Assembly: GCA_951406725.2 (NCBI GenBank)
Contig: OX597818.1
Coordinates: 79,298,001-79,362,000 of the forward strand
DNA: 64,000 bases
Direction of reading: 5' to 3'
DNA from: Octopus vulgaris
Lineage: Eukaryota
Each line of letters opens with the position of its first letter. The first letter of the stretch is position 1. The notes under the pieces are model-generated. The model worked only from the letters and a program-made list of their open reading frames with translations. It did not search any database and was not told the origin of the DNA. The translations under genes and the position numbers were made by a program. Shown here in pieces: positions 13,905-27,479 of this stretch.

Positions 13905-14215
13905 GTGCCATGGCTCAGTGGTTAGAGTATCGAGCTCACAATCATGCAGTAATGAGTTCAATTCCTGGACCGGGTTGTGTGTTGTGTTCTTCAGCAAGAC
14001 ACTCTATCTCACGTTACTCCAGTTCATTCAGCTGCAGAAATGAGTTGCGAGTCATTGGTAAAGCCAAGCTTTATCGGCCTTTGCCTTTCCTTTGTATAAC
14101 ATTGGTGATGGGGTAAGGGGAGAGACTTGCTTGCATAGGCGACTGCTGGTCTTTCATAAACAACATTGCCTGGACGGGAAGTTTCTAGATGCTTCCTATG
14201 GGATTGCATCTAGGA
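13905..14215 (+). mobile_element. SINE family C
   Basis: TGGCTCAGTGGTTAGAG A box, GAGTTCAATTCC B box, shared body. Confidence 0.7.
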
Positions 14216-14554
14216 AGTTCCTCTCCTAGGCTCAAGTACAGGCAAGGTTATTTATATATATATATATATATATAATATATATATAGTTATGGTGATGCAA
14301 ATAGGGAAAAATAGAACTCAAAATATGAGTATATGTGTATATGTAGACTTATATTTGGCAGAAATAACAGAATGACTCAAAGTACCAACACACGGCCATA
14401 CTGCCCTGAAGGGTTAGTAGTCGAACAAATCGATCCCCGTACTAAGTTTTTAAAATATGATAATTATACTATTAGTCTCGTTTGCCGAATCGCCAAGTAA
14501 AGTGGACATAATCAAACCAACGCGTTTTGATTCAATGGGAGTGGGAAGCCCGGA

Positions 14555-15700
14555 CCCAAAGACAGTGTTGTTTGAAGTCAGATCGTAACGCATTGAAATA
14601 AATACCGCAAAGCACTTTTTCGACGCTCTAATGAAACTGTCAGTCCACCAACTTAACATCACTATAAACAATGATTACAAATTTCAGCACAAGGCCAGCA
14701 TTCTTTTTTTTTTTTTTTGCCGGGGCGGTTATGTCGGTTATATCGACACTAGTGATCAAGTAGTATTTATTTCATCGATATAAGGATGAAAAGCAAAGTC
14801 GACCCGGGCAGAATTTGAACTCAGAACGTGAATGCCGCTAAGTACTTCGCTCACCGCGATAACAAATCTGGCAGCTTGCTGCTTTAGCATCAGTATTAAT
14901 AATGATTTGAAATTTTTCACAAGGCCATCAATTTAGGGGAGTGGGCATGGCGATTCCTCAACTGCTACTTATCTTATCACCCCCGAAATTATGAAAGGCA
15001 AAGTCAACCTCGGCGGAATTTGAACTCAGAACACAAAGACTGTTGAAATGTCGCTAAGCATTTTGCCCGGCGCGAGAACGAATTTGCCAGCTCACTGCCT
15101 TAACATCAGTACTAATAATCCTTTCTACTAAAGGCAGAATTTCTGAAATTTTGGGGGAGGGCTCGCAGTACGCAACTGGTACTTCATTTATCGACACCGA
15201 GAGGTTGCAAGGCAAAGTGGATCGCGGCGGAATTTCAACTCAGAACGTAACGGCAGACGAAATACCTATTTCTTTACTACCCACAAGGGGCTAAACACAG
15301 AGAGGACAAACAAGGACAGACAAACGGATTAAGTCGATTGCATCGACCCCAGTGCGTAACTGGTACTTATTTAATCGACCCTGAAAAGATGAAAGGCAAA
15401 GTCGACCTCGGCGGAATTTGAACTCAGAACGTAGCGGCAGACGAAGTACCTATTTCTTTATTACCCACAAGGGGCTAAACATAGAGGGGACAAACAAGGG
15501 CAGACAAACGGATTAAGTCGATTAAATCGACCCCAGTGCGTAACTGGTACTTAATTTATCGACCCCGAAAGGATGGAAGGCAAAGTCGACCTCGGCGAAA
15601 TTTGAACTCACAACGTAACGACAGACGAAATACCGCTAAGCATGTCATCCGGCCTGCTAACGTTTCTGCCAGCTCGCCGCCTTACACATCAGTATTAATA
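14555..15700 (-). mobile_element. Tandem cluster of SINE B copies, including a 184-bp-period trimer (15115-15683)
   Basis: CAGACGAA(A/G)TAC recurs at ~15254, 15438 and 15622; further monomers at ~14675-14885 and 14905-15100. Confidence 0.85.
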
Positions 15701-16234
15701 ATGTCTGCAAATACTTATTAGAATGTACCCTCTCTCATTGAGATCTATTCTTCAAACGTTGCTTCACTAAGTTAAATTTTGTCTAAGTACGTCATTGAAG
15801 TTCTTAATTATTTTACAAATTTCTTTCTAACATTTTTAAATCAATACTTAAGAACTGCACTTCTTTTGTCTGACTGATCTCGTTAAAGACTTAAATATTT
15901 TGAATGATAGAGGTTAACATTGCATTTCTTTGAAATAATAATGCAATTACGTATCTGTTGCTTCAAAAATCATTTGTAATAATCTATATGCAAAGCTAAA
16001 ATCAATCACTTTGAGAGCTTTCAAGAAAATGAAATTATGGGTTGCCATCCATTTTCTTACGGTAAATGAAATAGAAAAATACTTCAGAGCCAACGCAAAA
16101 ATATGAAAATCGTAAAATTAGACATTACGCATCTGGTGTATGTAGGGAAGTTATATTTGAATTTCATTGAAATTACATATACATGCATAGATACATTTAT
16201 GGGAATGTATACGTCTGTGCAAGGTGTGTCCATG

Positions 16235-16328
<94 letters not shown>

Positions 16329-16356
16329 TAGATAGATAGATAGATAGATAGAAGAT

Positions 16357-16410
<54 letters not shown>

Positions 16411-16456
16411 CAGACATACAGAAAGGCAGATAGACAAATAGATTTATGCATGTATG

Positions 16457-16492
<36 letters not shown>

Positions 16493-16601
16493 GTGCGTAT
16501 GCATGTATATATATTTGTATATATATATATATATGCAATTTATAAAATAATTGTTGATAATATATTCATATATAATTATATATATACTCTATATGTTATA
16601 T

Positions 16602-16721
<120 letters not shown>

Positions 16722-19205
16722 TGTGTTTTCTACTATCACATGGGTTAGTATTCATGATGTTAGTTTCTGAAGATATCATTTTCATTTCAAAATAAATGGC
16801 TATGCCACACATCTTAGTGAAATTATATAGCTGAATAACCAAACTTAATACCTGCAAAGTGATATACAGGGATATGACTAAATACTTCAAATCGTCGTTA
16901 GTTGTTCTACAGATGCTAGAACACTCCTGTTTCGTACAACATTAAGTATTATTAGCAATGGGCTATTTGCATTTCGTAGATAATCTTGTGTACCAGTAAA
17001 TTCACATATACCATTTAAATTCTCCAGAAATGGGTGCATATTATCATTGCAAATGAGTAATTTATCAAAAGGGGCTACACATTTCTAATGTCAAAGTCAG
17101 TCACAGATATTCATGAACGTTCCATCACATTAAATAAATGTTTAAACATCTCGGCAGAAAATTATAGTTCTAGATATCATCATTCATTATTAATGGCAAT
17201 ATATTTAACGTAGCCTAAGAATTCTATTCCTTCGACGTTATTCATTACTCTATTGATTGTAGAAAGCTTAAATACTTGTCTGGTTTTGTAGATCTGACTG
17301 TTCCAACTTATATCGATTCGCAATACATTCAAGAACAACTGAGCAGGTCAGAATGTCAAGAGATCTTACAATACAGACATCCGTCTAATTATTTAAAATC
17401 AACATTTAAAATTATTTTGCAAGATGTATTAGTTTTTAGTGGCTGCCACTGACAAAGGTATTCTGAACTGCCAGATAAAGATGAGATATTAATGGTATTT
17501 CTTTCAGTTCTCTACGTTCTGCCTTCAAATCCCTCCGAGTTCAACATTACCTTTCATTCCTTCTGGGTCGATAAAACAAAGTACAATTCAAGTAACGGGA
17601 ACGATGTAATCTACATTCCCCTCCCTTCAAAGATGCTGACCTCCAAATTTGAAACAGCGTGGAGTCCCATTCTGATGGATTATTATGTTCTCGGTCACTT
17701 ATATCCCACGGTCACCAGGTAGTTAGTTTTATCAGTCCTAGAGCTCGTGGAGAAATAATAACTTATCATAGCACAGCATTTCATAGAAAGAGAAAACAGA
17801 CAGACAAGCTTTAGCGGATTTCGTTTGTGGCAGTCTGACAAAAATTCGTCAAATTCAGTTCAGTTTACAAGACTATAAAGCAGCGTGCTGGCAAAAACAT
17901 TAGGGCGTAAGAAACATTGCTTAGCGGCATTACTTCCGGCTTTTTACGTACTAAGTATAAATTACACTGAGGACAACTCCGCCTTTCATCACTTTGGAAT
18001 CGACAAAATAAATACCACGCAGGTACAAGGCACCATGTAGTTCACTTGTTCTTCACCTCAAATCTCAAATGTATCAGATTAGAGTTTTACAAGCTGTATA
18101 TATACATACATAGACATTGATAGATAGACAGATATAAATAGTTATAGATCGACATGTAAATATACGCAAAAGTATATATATATATGTATATATAACTCTT
18201 TAACTCGTTTTAATTTTTATGTTGCCGTCATGCTGGTGCACCACCATATATATATGCATTTACTATCATACAGTGAGAATCTGTACTCAAAACTGCATTG
18301 GTGGATAAATATTCTTTATGTGTAGGTTAACAGGTCTGTCAATGGTTTCACGTAAAGAGGAATGTCTTAACATTTAACACGTCTTCCTCGTGGAAATGTT
18401 AGTACCCGTCTCCATTTTGGAGCCAAGTGACAGAGTATATAGAGAGCCGGATGGATTGTTGAGTAGCGATCATTCCGGCTCTTTAGGCCTGAATTCAGAC
18501 CTTGCCGAAGTCAATTTTGCCTTCCGTCTTCCGTAATCAATAAATAAAGTACCGGTAGCTTACAGGAGTCGGTTTTTCTCTTCTGTTCTTTTTTCTTTCT
18601 GTCAGTTAGCCTATCTTCTGGAAGAAATTGCCTTTGGTAAGGGCAAAGGAATTGACTCTACAACGTTAAAAGAGACGAATGATGCTGTGTGTCACGAAGG
18701 CGCGCTGACGACTCCACAAAGTGTTCAAGAGGCTCATGCTAGATACACACAGACACACACTCACACATGCATAAATATACACACACCAAACCTATTATAT
18801 ATATACATATATATATGTATATATATATGTATGTATATATACATACACACACACATACACACACACACATACACACACACTCATATACATATTGAGATAC
18901 AATATGGTACTTGAAAAGATATACACCAGGTAGGGTTGGATAAACCTGTGGTCACCTCATATAGTTTTAATCAATATCAAATAAAACATGCCGATTGTGT
19001 ACACAGGAAATATCAGCACAGAGTATTTAGCGCTTAGGGGCTGGTCCAAAGTACACGTCACGTTGATTGTACGTTGTCTGTATACTCCAGGGTGTCCGAC
19101 GTGTCGTAATCCCCCATAGTGTATTAGAATATATATATCTATATCTATCTATATATCTATCTATCTTTCTATATATACATATATTATATATTTTTTGTAT
19201 ATATA

Positions 19206-19282
<77 letters not shown>

Positions 19283-21199
19283 TACATACATACATACATA
19301 CATACATACATACATGTGTAAGTTATACATATACATTTATGTATGTATATCGTTTGTAAAAAACAAATCCGAAAGAAAAGCACACTCTAAGTTGTTGAGC
19401 AGTATATATTTAATCCTTCCGAGTTCAATCTTACCTTTCATTCCTTCTGAGTCGATAAAACAAAGTACGATTCAAGTAACGGGAACGATCTTATCTACAT
19501 TCCACTCCTTTCAAAGTCGTTGGCCTCGAAATTTGAAACAGCACGGAGTCCCATTCTGGTACCATGTTGTGGGACTGATCCCAAATCTCGTTTGTAGCAA
19601 GAGCTTCTTAACCACACAATGGCACCTTGCGTAATCGAATGATATGTTTGACATTTATCTAAAACTTAATTATGTTAAAAACGACATTAACTGGAAAAAA
19701 TCAATCTAAACGTTATAAATTCTGTTATATTATCGTTATTTTAAACTTTAATGCTAATCTATTCGTTGTTGATGCTAGAAAATTATATTTAATTGGAACA
19801 TAATAGACCTAGTATATTTGTCTTGAGTCTGGAAAAATTCAATTGGATAATGTATCGGATATACGTGCTTCTTTTACGATTATTTTCTATAGTTTTTTTT
19901 CTAAATTGGTTTCATATTACAAGAACATGGCGTATTTAACGAAGGAATTTTTACCAGAATGTAATCTAACTTAAAGGATTTCTGAGATTCTTTTTCTTTA
20001 TCGTGTTTCTCATGAATGTCTTCTTCCTTATTGTAACATGATTCCTCTTTTAATTATTCAATAATTGACACTGCAGTAGGTTTATTTGTAAAATAGAGTT
20101 AAAACCATGACTTATTTGGTATGTATTTCTGCTTGCATTCTGTACCTTGGATTCTTAACTTCCTAAATTATGAAGAAATACATATACACACACACGCACA
20201 CATGCGCGCGTACACACATATGGGGTAGGGGAGATGAAGTGTTCTTACTGTATTTTTGACTTTCAGACAAAATATATTTTATACAAATGTTCACTACCTT
20301 ACAAATATTTTATCAGCTAAGCAAATGACCTTTTCTAAATGCATTTAAAGCATTATGATCTGATCATTATTTCAGAAAATCATCTCTTTGAGCATATAAA
20401 AGACAGATTTGGCTGGGGTAAAATGAGTAAGCCAAGACAAGGTAAATTTGCTATTCGATTCTCGAGAAAACAGAATCATACATATCAGCATCTATCCTTA
20501 GAGAACAGAAAGATCATAAATGCAAAAAAAACAAACTGTTTAATATTTATGTCAAATGAAAGAATATCGGAAGAAAATGTTACATAATATGAAAAATAAC
20601 GAAACTCAGTAAAAATAAATCCACATAAGATATTCCATATAGCTTCTTCGCGATCTTCTGGAGTGTCTCACTTCGTGATATAATTACGCTCCGTGTAGAT
20701 TAAGTGAACTAATTACTGAAATAAAGCATTACTCATTTTACCTAATTTTAGATCTCACTTTTTTAAATTTTAAAATTGTCAGATTAGACATCAGTGTGGG
20801 AAAAATTAACTTGGAATCTAACAGAGAAAAGAATATTGATTGCTAAACACAAAATTTATCCAGCATCCTCAATTACAATCGGCTCATAGTTGATTATAAA
20901 TTTCTTGAACCTGTCTCCTGACTATATTTCGGAATCTCTCAACTTCAGCAACAACAACAAGCTGACTAATTTTTAATACATAAGCTGGTTCAACAGTACG
21001 AAATGAGGATGAAATACTTGCAATGTAACAATTTCAAAAAGGCTGTGAGAAAATAACCAGCAATCAGAAATTACTCATTTTGCCTCGGTACTAATATTGC
21101 CCCACCCGTACATACACACGCACACACACACACACATACATATATGCATGCATATATATATATATACTTATACATATATATTCTTCTATATTTTTATTT

Positions 21200-21437
21200 T
21201 TTACTTGTTTCAGTAATATTGACTGCGGCCATGCTGGAGCACCACCTTTAGTCGAACAAATCGGCCCCCAGGGCTTATTCTTTACATGTCTAATACATAT
21301 TCTATCCGTTTCTTTTGCCGAATCGCTAAGTTACGGGGACGTAAGCACGCCGACATTGGTTGGCAAGCGATGGTGGAGTGTCAAACACACACAAATTTAT
21401 GCATACATACATACATACACACACATATATTATATAC

Positions 21438-21522
<85 letters not shown>

Positions 21523-21596
21523 TGTATGTATATACATACATGCATACATATACGACGGGCTTCTTTCAGTTTCCGTCAACCAAATCTATTCACAAG

Positions 21597-21647
<51 letters not shown>

Positions 21648-22045
21648 TATATATATATTTACTTGGTTCAGTCATTAGACTACGGCCATGCTGGGGCACT
21701 GTTTTAAAGAACTTTTAGCCGAATGTTTCAGTACATATTTTTTTAAAGCCTGATACTTATTCTGTCGGAATCGTTTGCCAAACCGTTAAGTTACGGGAAA
21801 ATAAACACACCGCACTAGTTGGCAAGCGATGGAGAGATCAAACATAGACACAAAAACACACACATATATATATGTATATACACATATATGCGGCGGGCTT
21901 CTTTCCGTTTCCGTCTACCAAATCTATTCACAATGCTTTGGTCGGCCCGAAGCTATAGAAGAAGAAACTTACCCTAGATGCCACACAGTGGGACTGAACA
22001 CTGAGCCGTATAGTTGGGAAGCAAGCTTCTCTCCACACAGCCATG
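21200..22045 (-). mobile_element. Two tandem copies of tRNA-derived SINE family A (internal (TA)n/(CA)n)
   Basis: Reverse complements of 23452-23850: tail TTACTTGTTTCAGT..GACTGCGGCCATGCTGGAGCACC, head ...CCACACAGCCA. Other copies at ~25365-25560, 30625-31005, 34790-35075, 37000-37190, 47235-47405, 51420-51630, 58785-58935. Confidence 0.8.
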
Positions 22046-22101
22046 CATACATATAGACATACATACATACATACACACAGGCATAAATACAGAGAGGGGG
22101 A

Positions 22102-22636
22102 ATTCTGTATATCTTAGTATGCACATATCATCGAAAACTAGAAAACTGCAGTATTCGTCTCGATAAAGGTTTTCGTATAGATTCATAGTCCTAGAAAGCA
22201 CAGAGGCTTATCAGTAGCAGATGGAAAATGTCCAGCAGCGGAGGTAGTACGGCTAGATTATGGCTTCTATGTCTTTGCATGTCACCAGTAGCAAGAATTT
22301 AATATCAATCGCATGCGCAAACAAATAAAGCTTCTACCGATATAGCAAAACAGTTATTTAAAAGAACCACCACTATCGCAAATAGCTGGCCGGCTCGGTA
22401 AAAATTTGTTGATAACCTTTTACTATATAAGTACAAATATTAACTTCTGATGATGTGCAAAGAGGAGAAATCATGATTTAGCAATTCCACCACCGCTATT
22501 GGATGCTCTTTTCCTGATACTGATGCATTCATGTGCTTTTTAACAGTGTACGTCTATACGAGAAGCTTTCTCAAGACGAATACTGCAGTTTTATCACTCT
22601 CTATAGTATATCTTCGTTAAGTAAGACATACTGAAT
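22102..22636. mobile_element. ~535-bp imperfect foldback palindrome (MITE-like)
   Basis: AAAACTGCAGTATTCGTCT pairs with AGACGAATACTGCAGTTTT; TCCAGCAGCGG..TCTTTGCATGTCACCAG pairs with CTGATGATGTGCAAAGA..CCGCTATTGGA; pairing continues to a small loop near 22360-22380. Confidence 0.8.
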
Positions 22637-22946
22637 GCTATACCAGACCATTACTACTTGCGTCGCTAATAATATGTATGTGGAGAACTCTGTGTGTGTG
22701 TGTGAGTGTGAGTGCGTGTATGTGTGTGTGAGGGGATGGGGATATAATTTAATAGCTCTGAATTACATTTTCTTTCCCTTCGTATATAAAATAAATGCTT
22801 GACATATATTGTAAGAATTCGTATTAGCCACCATACGCATTGGTCTGCGTCGGAGTTGTTCGTTATAAATATGTCTGAAAATATGTCTATCCCTCGTGAT
22901 ATTTTCCACAAGAATTGCTTCTTTCATTACTTTAACGGGATATATA

Positions 22947-23017
<71 letters not shown>

Positions 23018-23451
23018 CCATTAAATAAGTGTCTTGACTGGCTGAAGGTTATCTAAGGTATCTAAGAAATATATTTTGTCGCCAGAAAAACTAATATAAA
23101 TGATTTAAAGTCATTACTTGATGGAAGAAAGGAATATTATCGGGGGATGAATACAAATATACATCGACTCTGTGGAACAGATATTCAATAATTTATCAAT
23201 AAATATAAAACATATTCAATCTAAAATATTTGTATATCGATAGTGTCATAAATATCGTGCATTAGAGACTGTCTTTCAAGCCTTAACGGTATGCACAGTT
23301 TGAGAATTCACCATTCATTTAAAGCTATCCCATCATGCAATTTTTTGCAAAATCCCTTGTTAACAATAAATTATTCAATTATCTTCTTTAAACTACTTAG
23401 ATTAGATTATTTATTATTAATTTTTATATACTGAAAATTTTTCACCTATAC

Positions 23452-23850
23452 AGTGGCTGTATGGTAAGTAGCTTGCTCACCAACCACATGGTTCCGGGTT
23501 CAGCCCCACTGCGTTGCGACTTAGGCAAGTGTCTTCTACTATAGCCTCCGGCCAATCAAAGACGAGTGAGTGGATTTGGTAGGCGGAAACTTAAAGAAAC
23601 CCGTCATATATATGTATATATATATATGTATGTGTGTGTATATATTTGTGTGTCTGTTTGTACCACCAACATCGCTTGACAATCGATGCTGGTGTGTTTA
23701 CGTCCACGTAAATTAGCGGTTCGGCAAAACAGACCGATAGAATAAGTACTAGGCTTACAAAGAATAAGTCCTGGGGGTCAATTTGCTCGACAAAAGGTGG
23801 TGCTCCAGCATAGCCGCTGTCAAATGACTGAAACAAGTAAAAGAGAGTAA
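23452..23850 (+). mobile_element. Full-length SINE family A
   Basis: GTGGCTGTATGGTAAG A box, GGTTCAGCCCC B box, central microsatellite, tail GTGCTCCAGCATAGCCGCTGTCAAATGACTGAAACAAGTAAAAG. Confidence 0.85.
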
Positions 23851-23864
23851 AGAGAGAGTATACA

Positions 23865-24510
23865 GTGGTTAGTTATGTGCTTACAACCCTCTTCTTGTCG
23901 ATATATATCAGTGTCAATACTGAAATAAGTAATTTCTACACAGAAGATCAAGCAATAAGAAACTTGATGGAAATGTTGACTTCTTGTATAGAAACTATCT
24001 ATTTCAGTATGGACACTGATATATATCAAGAAGAGTGTTTAGCTATGGGTTCGCCATTATCACCGATAATAGCCAATATACTCATGGAATACTTTGAGAA
24101 TTTGGCTTTAGGATCAACACCACTGAAACCAACCCTGTGGCTGCGATATGTTGATAACACTTTTATTCTCTGGCCCCACCAGGAAGATGTCTAAGTGCTG
24201 TTAGATCATGTGAACTCAATAGAGCCATCCATACAGTTCACAACAGAAAAGGAAAAAGACAGTCAGCTAGCGTTCCTTGGCGTATTAATAACACGCACCA
24301 AGTATGGATTCAGGACATCCGTATATCGCAAGCCGACCTTCACTGGACGATACCTTAACTTCAATTTCCACCATCCATACAGTGTAAAGAGAGTAATTGC
24401 TCAGTACATAAAACATCGAGCAAAGAATATAAGTAGCGATCGTGATACCCACCACGAAGAAATGATCAAGCTCAGTAACAAATATCCTCATCTCTGAAAT
24501 ATAGAACTGT
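23865..24510 (+). pseudogene. Penelope-like (Poseidon-type) reverse transcriptase fragment with element 3' terminus
   Basis: LAMGSPLSPIIANILME...WLRYVDNTF...IQFTTEKE...LAFLGVLI...VYRKPTFTGRYLNF.HHP; in-frame TAA at 24192-24194; ends in TCCTCATCTCTGAAATATAGAACTGT. Confidence 0.9.
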
Positions 24511-24624
24511 ATCCACCACTTTAGCGGCCTTTGTGAATAACCTTACACATAGAAATTTAATGCATTTAATTCTATTATGATGAACAAATTTTCAGATGTG
24601 ATTCCTTCATGTACCCATAAGTTT

Positions 24625-24925
24625 TGTTCAACATTTCTAAGGATACATAGAACTAGACTTGGTAACTAAATCTATTAAAAGTTATCTTATTAACACTTGA
24701 ATGTCTTTGCCGTGAATCTTAGATCCTTCCACTCTAGCCTGTATACTATCACTAACATATGACCTCTGTAATTTTACTAATAATAAAAATATACCTATAA
24801 ATTCTATTCAACATTTCTAAGAACATGTAGAATTAGATCCGTTAACTAAATCTATTAAAACTTATCTCATTAATTTTTGACTATGAACTATAGATCCTTC
24901 CATTCTTGCCAATATACTATCATTT
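24625..24925 (+). repeat. Diverged ~180-bp-period direct duplication
   Basis: TTCAACATTTCTAAG..TAACTAAATCTATTAAAA..TAGATCCTTCCA..TATACTATCA occurs twice (~24627 and ~24807). Confidence 0.75.
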
Positions 24926-25018
24926 GCGTATGAGCTTTGAAAATTTATTAAAAAATGCAAAAAAAGACTTCCTTTAATCTATCAAATTATTACAATGTAG
25001 TACTTCATCACGATGGAA

Positions 25019-25113
25019 ATTATCCTGATGAGGCGGGCATTATGCTTCTGTATTTGGAATACTTAAAACGCCATTTATACATTTATTGTAGCCCTGAAAT
25101 AGCCGTAGATGAT
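25019..25113 (+). ncRNA. Degenerate PLE-type hammerhead ribozyme
   Basis: ATTATC-CTGATGA-GGCGGGC...GCCCT-GAAA-T-AGCC-GTA-GATGAT; stem I ATTATC/GATGAT, GUA triplet. Confidence 0.55.
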
Positions 25114-26540
25114 ATCCTTTACTCAAATTCATCCTAAACTGTATATATTTATTTTATCTACTTATTTACCACTGAATTTTTGAATTTTGAACTCTCATCT
25201 GACATTTCATATAAACATCAAATTCTTAATTGATTCGAACAGTTTCTTTTGGAATCCCTTACCTCGAAATTTTATCTCTATTTGTGACTCCTCCATTCGG
25301 TACCTGAACTCAACGTACATGATGCATAGTTTTCACATATGACTTTTATACTCTTATTCTTTACCCTTTTACTTGCTTCAGACATTTGACTGTGGCCATG
25401 CTAGATCACCGGCTATAGTCGAACAAATCGACCCCAGGACTTATTCTTTGTAAGCCAAGTACTTATTCTATCGGTCTCTTTTGCCGAACCGTTAAGTTAC
25501 GGGGACGTAAACATACCAGCAGCCGTTTTCAAGCGATGTTGGGGGGGACAAACACAGACACAAACATACACACACACATATACACACACATATATATATA
25601 TATGTAACTTTATTAAACACACACATCTATACATACGTATAGATATGTGATCATTGACATGCGTTAATATATGTCTCTGTGTGTTTCTCTGACTATATAT
25701 ATGTGACTGTATGTGAGAGTGTATGTCTGTGTAAGTGTGATAATTTCTACTTTTATTTGGATTAAAACACACATCTACGCATACATATGTGACGACTGAA
25801 AAAACAATGAGGTGAGAAGCTATGTATGTCTCTATCTTACTGTATCTATGTGAGTGTCGTCACATTTTGTATATGGGTCTGTAATTGTGTGTGTGTGACT
25901 CAGTTTATGTTTCTTTTTCTACAGCTACACCAGCGGTCTAATGTCAACCCTTCACCTTCTGCAATATTTCAGCAGTTCACTTCCCCGTTGTCATCATCCA
26001 TTGTAGCCCATTTGTTGAATGTACTCATTTACGTACAATATCTTCATTACAACTATATTCATTCGACTGTCAAACATACGATGGGTCGTGTTAGACGCAG
26101 CGCCGACCGCCGCGAAGGAGAGTATATACACTGATAGCTTTTTGGAGCGTTAAAAAAATCAACCCACACCCTACTAACCCCAATTTTCCACGACAGGTTA
26201 GGGCCTGGATCCCTCCAAACGGACGCATGACATGTAGCTTAGTCGAATAAGCTCGTCATTTACTCCACAAATGTTTTATCATTAACGCTTCACTTTCCCG
26301 CATAACCTATTTCAACGTAACAATGATATATACACAAACTATGCCATTTTAATCCTGAGCAACGCCGGGTATCTCTGCTAGTTTATTTCTAACGATCAAA
26401 CTCGAAGTATATAAAGCAACAGAAAAATAGCGTGTAGATTTACAGTCAAAATTCCACATATGTATGTATGCATGTATGTATGTATGTATGTATGTATGTA
26501 TGTATGTATGTATGTATGTATGTATGTATAGATAGATAGG

Positions 26541-26623
<83 letters not shown>

Positions 26624-27358
26624 GCAGGCTTTCAGACATCTATCTAATTGGGGTTTCTCCAGAAACGACATCTCTTCAATATTTTCGTGTAAATGAATGG
26701 CATTTCCTCTGACCTCAGCAATTTTTCTTTGACTGGTGTGATTGGTATTGCTAACGCTCTGCTTCAACTTTCTTACATAAGTATTCATAGTACAAGATGT
26801 TTCTGAGAATCCAGTTCTAGAGGAAAGGGAGGAAGGATTGAAAGAAGTGTTTAGGGTACGGTGAGAAATAGGAAATGCTACGGTTGAAAGAAAGGCGTAT
26901 GTGTTGATGGATATAAGTGGAGAAGCCATTTAAGTACAGGTGGAATTGACAGGCAGTAGAGTCAATGGCTTGAAAGTTGTTGGTCAGTGAAGTTGAATAG
27001 TTTTCTTTTATCTGTGGTCACGGGTGTCTCTGTGTTGCATTATTACAGTTACAAGCACGAGAACTTACTATTTTAAGAGTCTTCTTGAACTTCGTAAATC
27101 ATCAGCTACTGATGAATTTTATTGATCAAATATATTCTAGTCTGTTTATGCAATGTCGTTAAGAAACTCGGTTAGCAATCACGCCGTTTAGGGTTCAATC
27201 CTGCCTGGCACCGTGGGAAAGTGCCCTCTACAATAGCTCCGGACCGACCAATGTCTATTGAGTGAATTTCCCAGACTTGAATTTTGTAGAAAATCATCGA
27301 ATACACAAGCATAAAGATGTTTGTATATGAAAATATGTATGTATATATACATATACAT

Positions 27359-27479
<121 letters not shown>

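Noticed and set aside
15115-15683. CRISPR-like array or hammerhead retrozyme
   Set aside because: Eukaryotic SINE units without unique spacers; no CTGANGA/GAAA core found in the 184-bp unit
26640-27050. Possible decayed LINE or coding region (ORF 26396..26929)
   Set aside because: No motif recognisable with confidence; half the ORF is microsatellite
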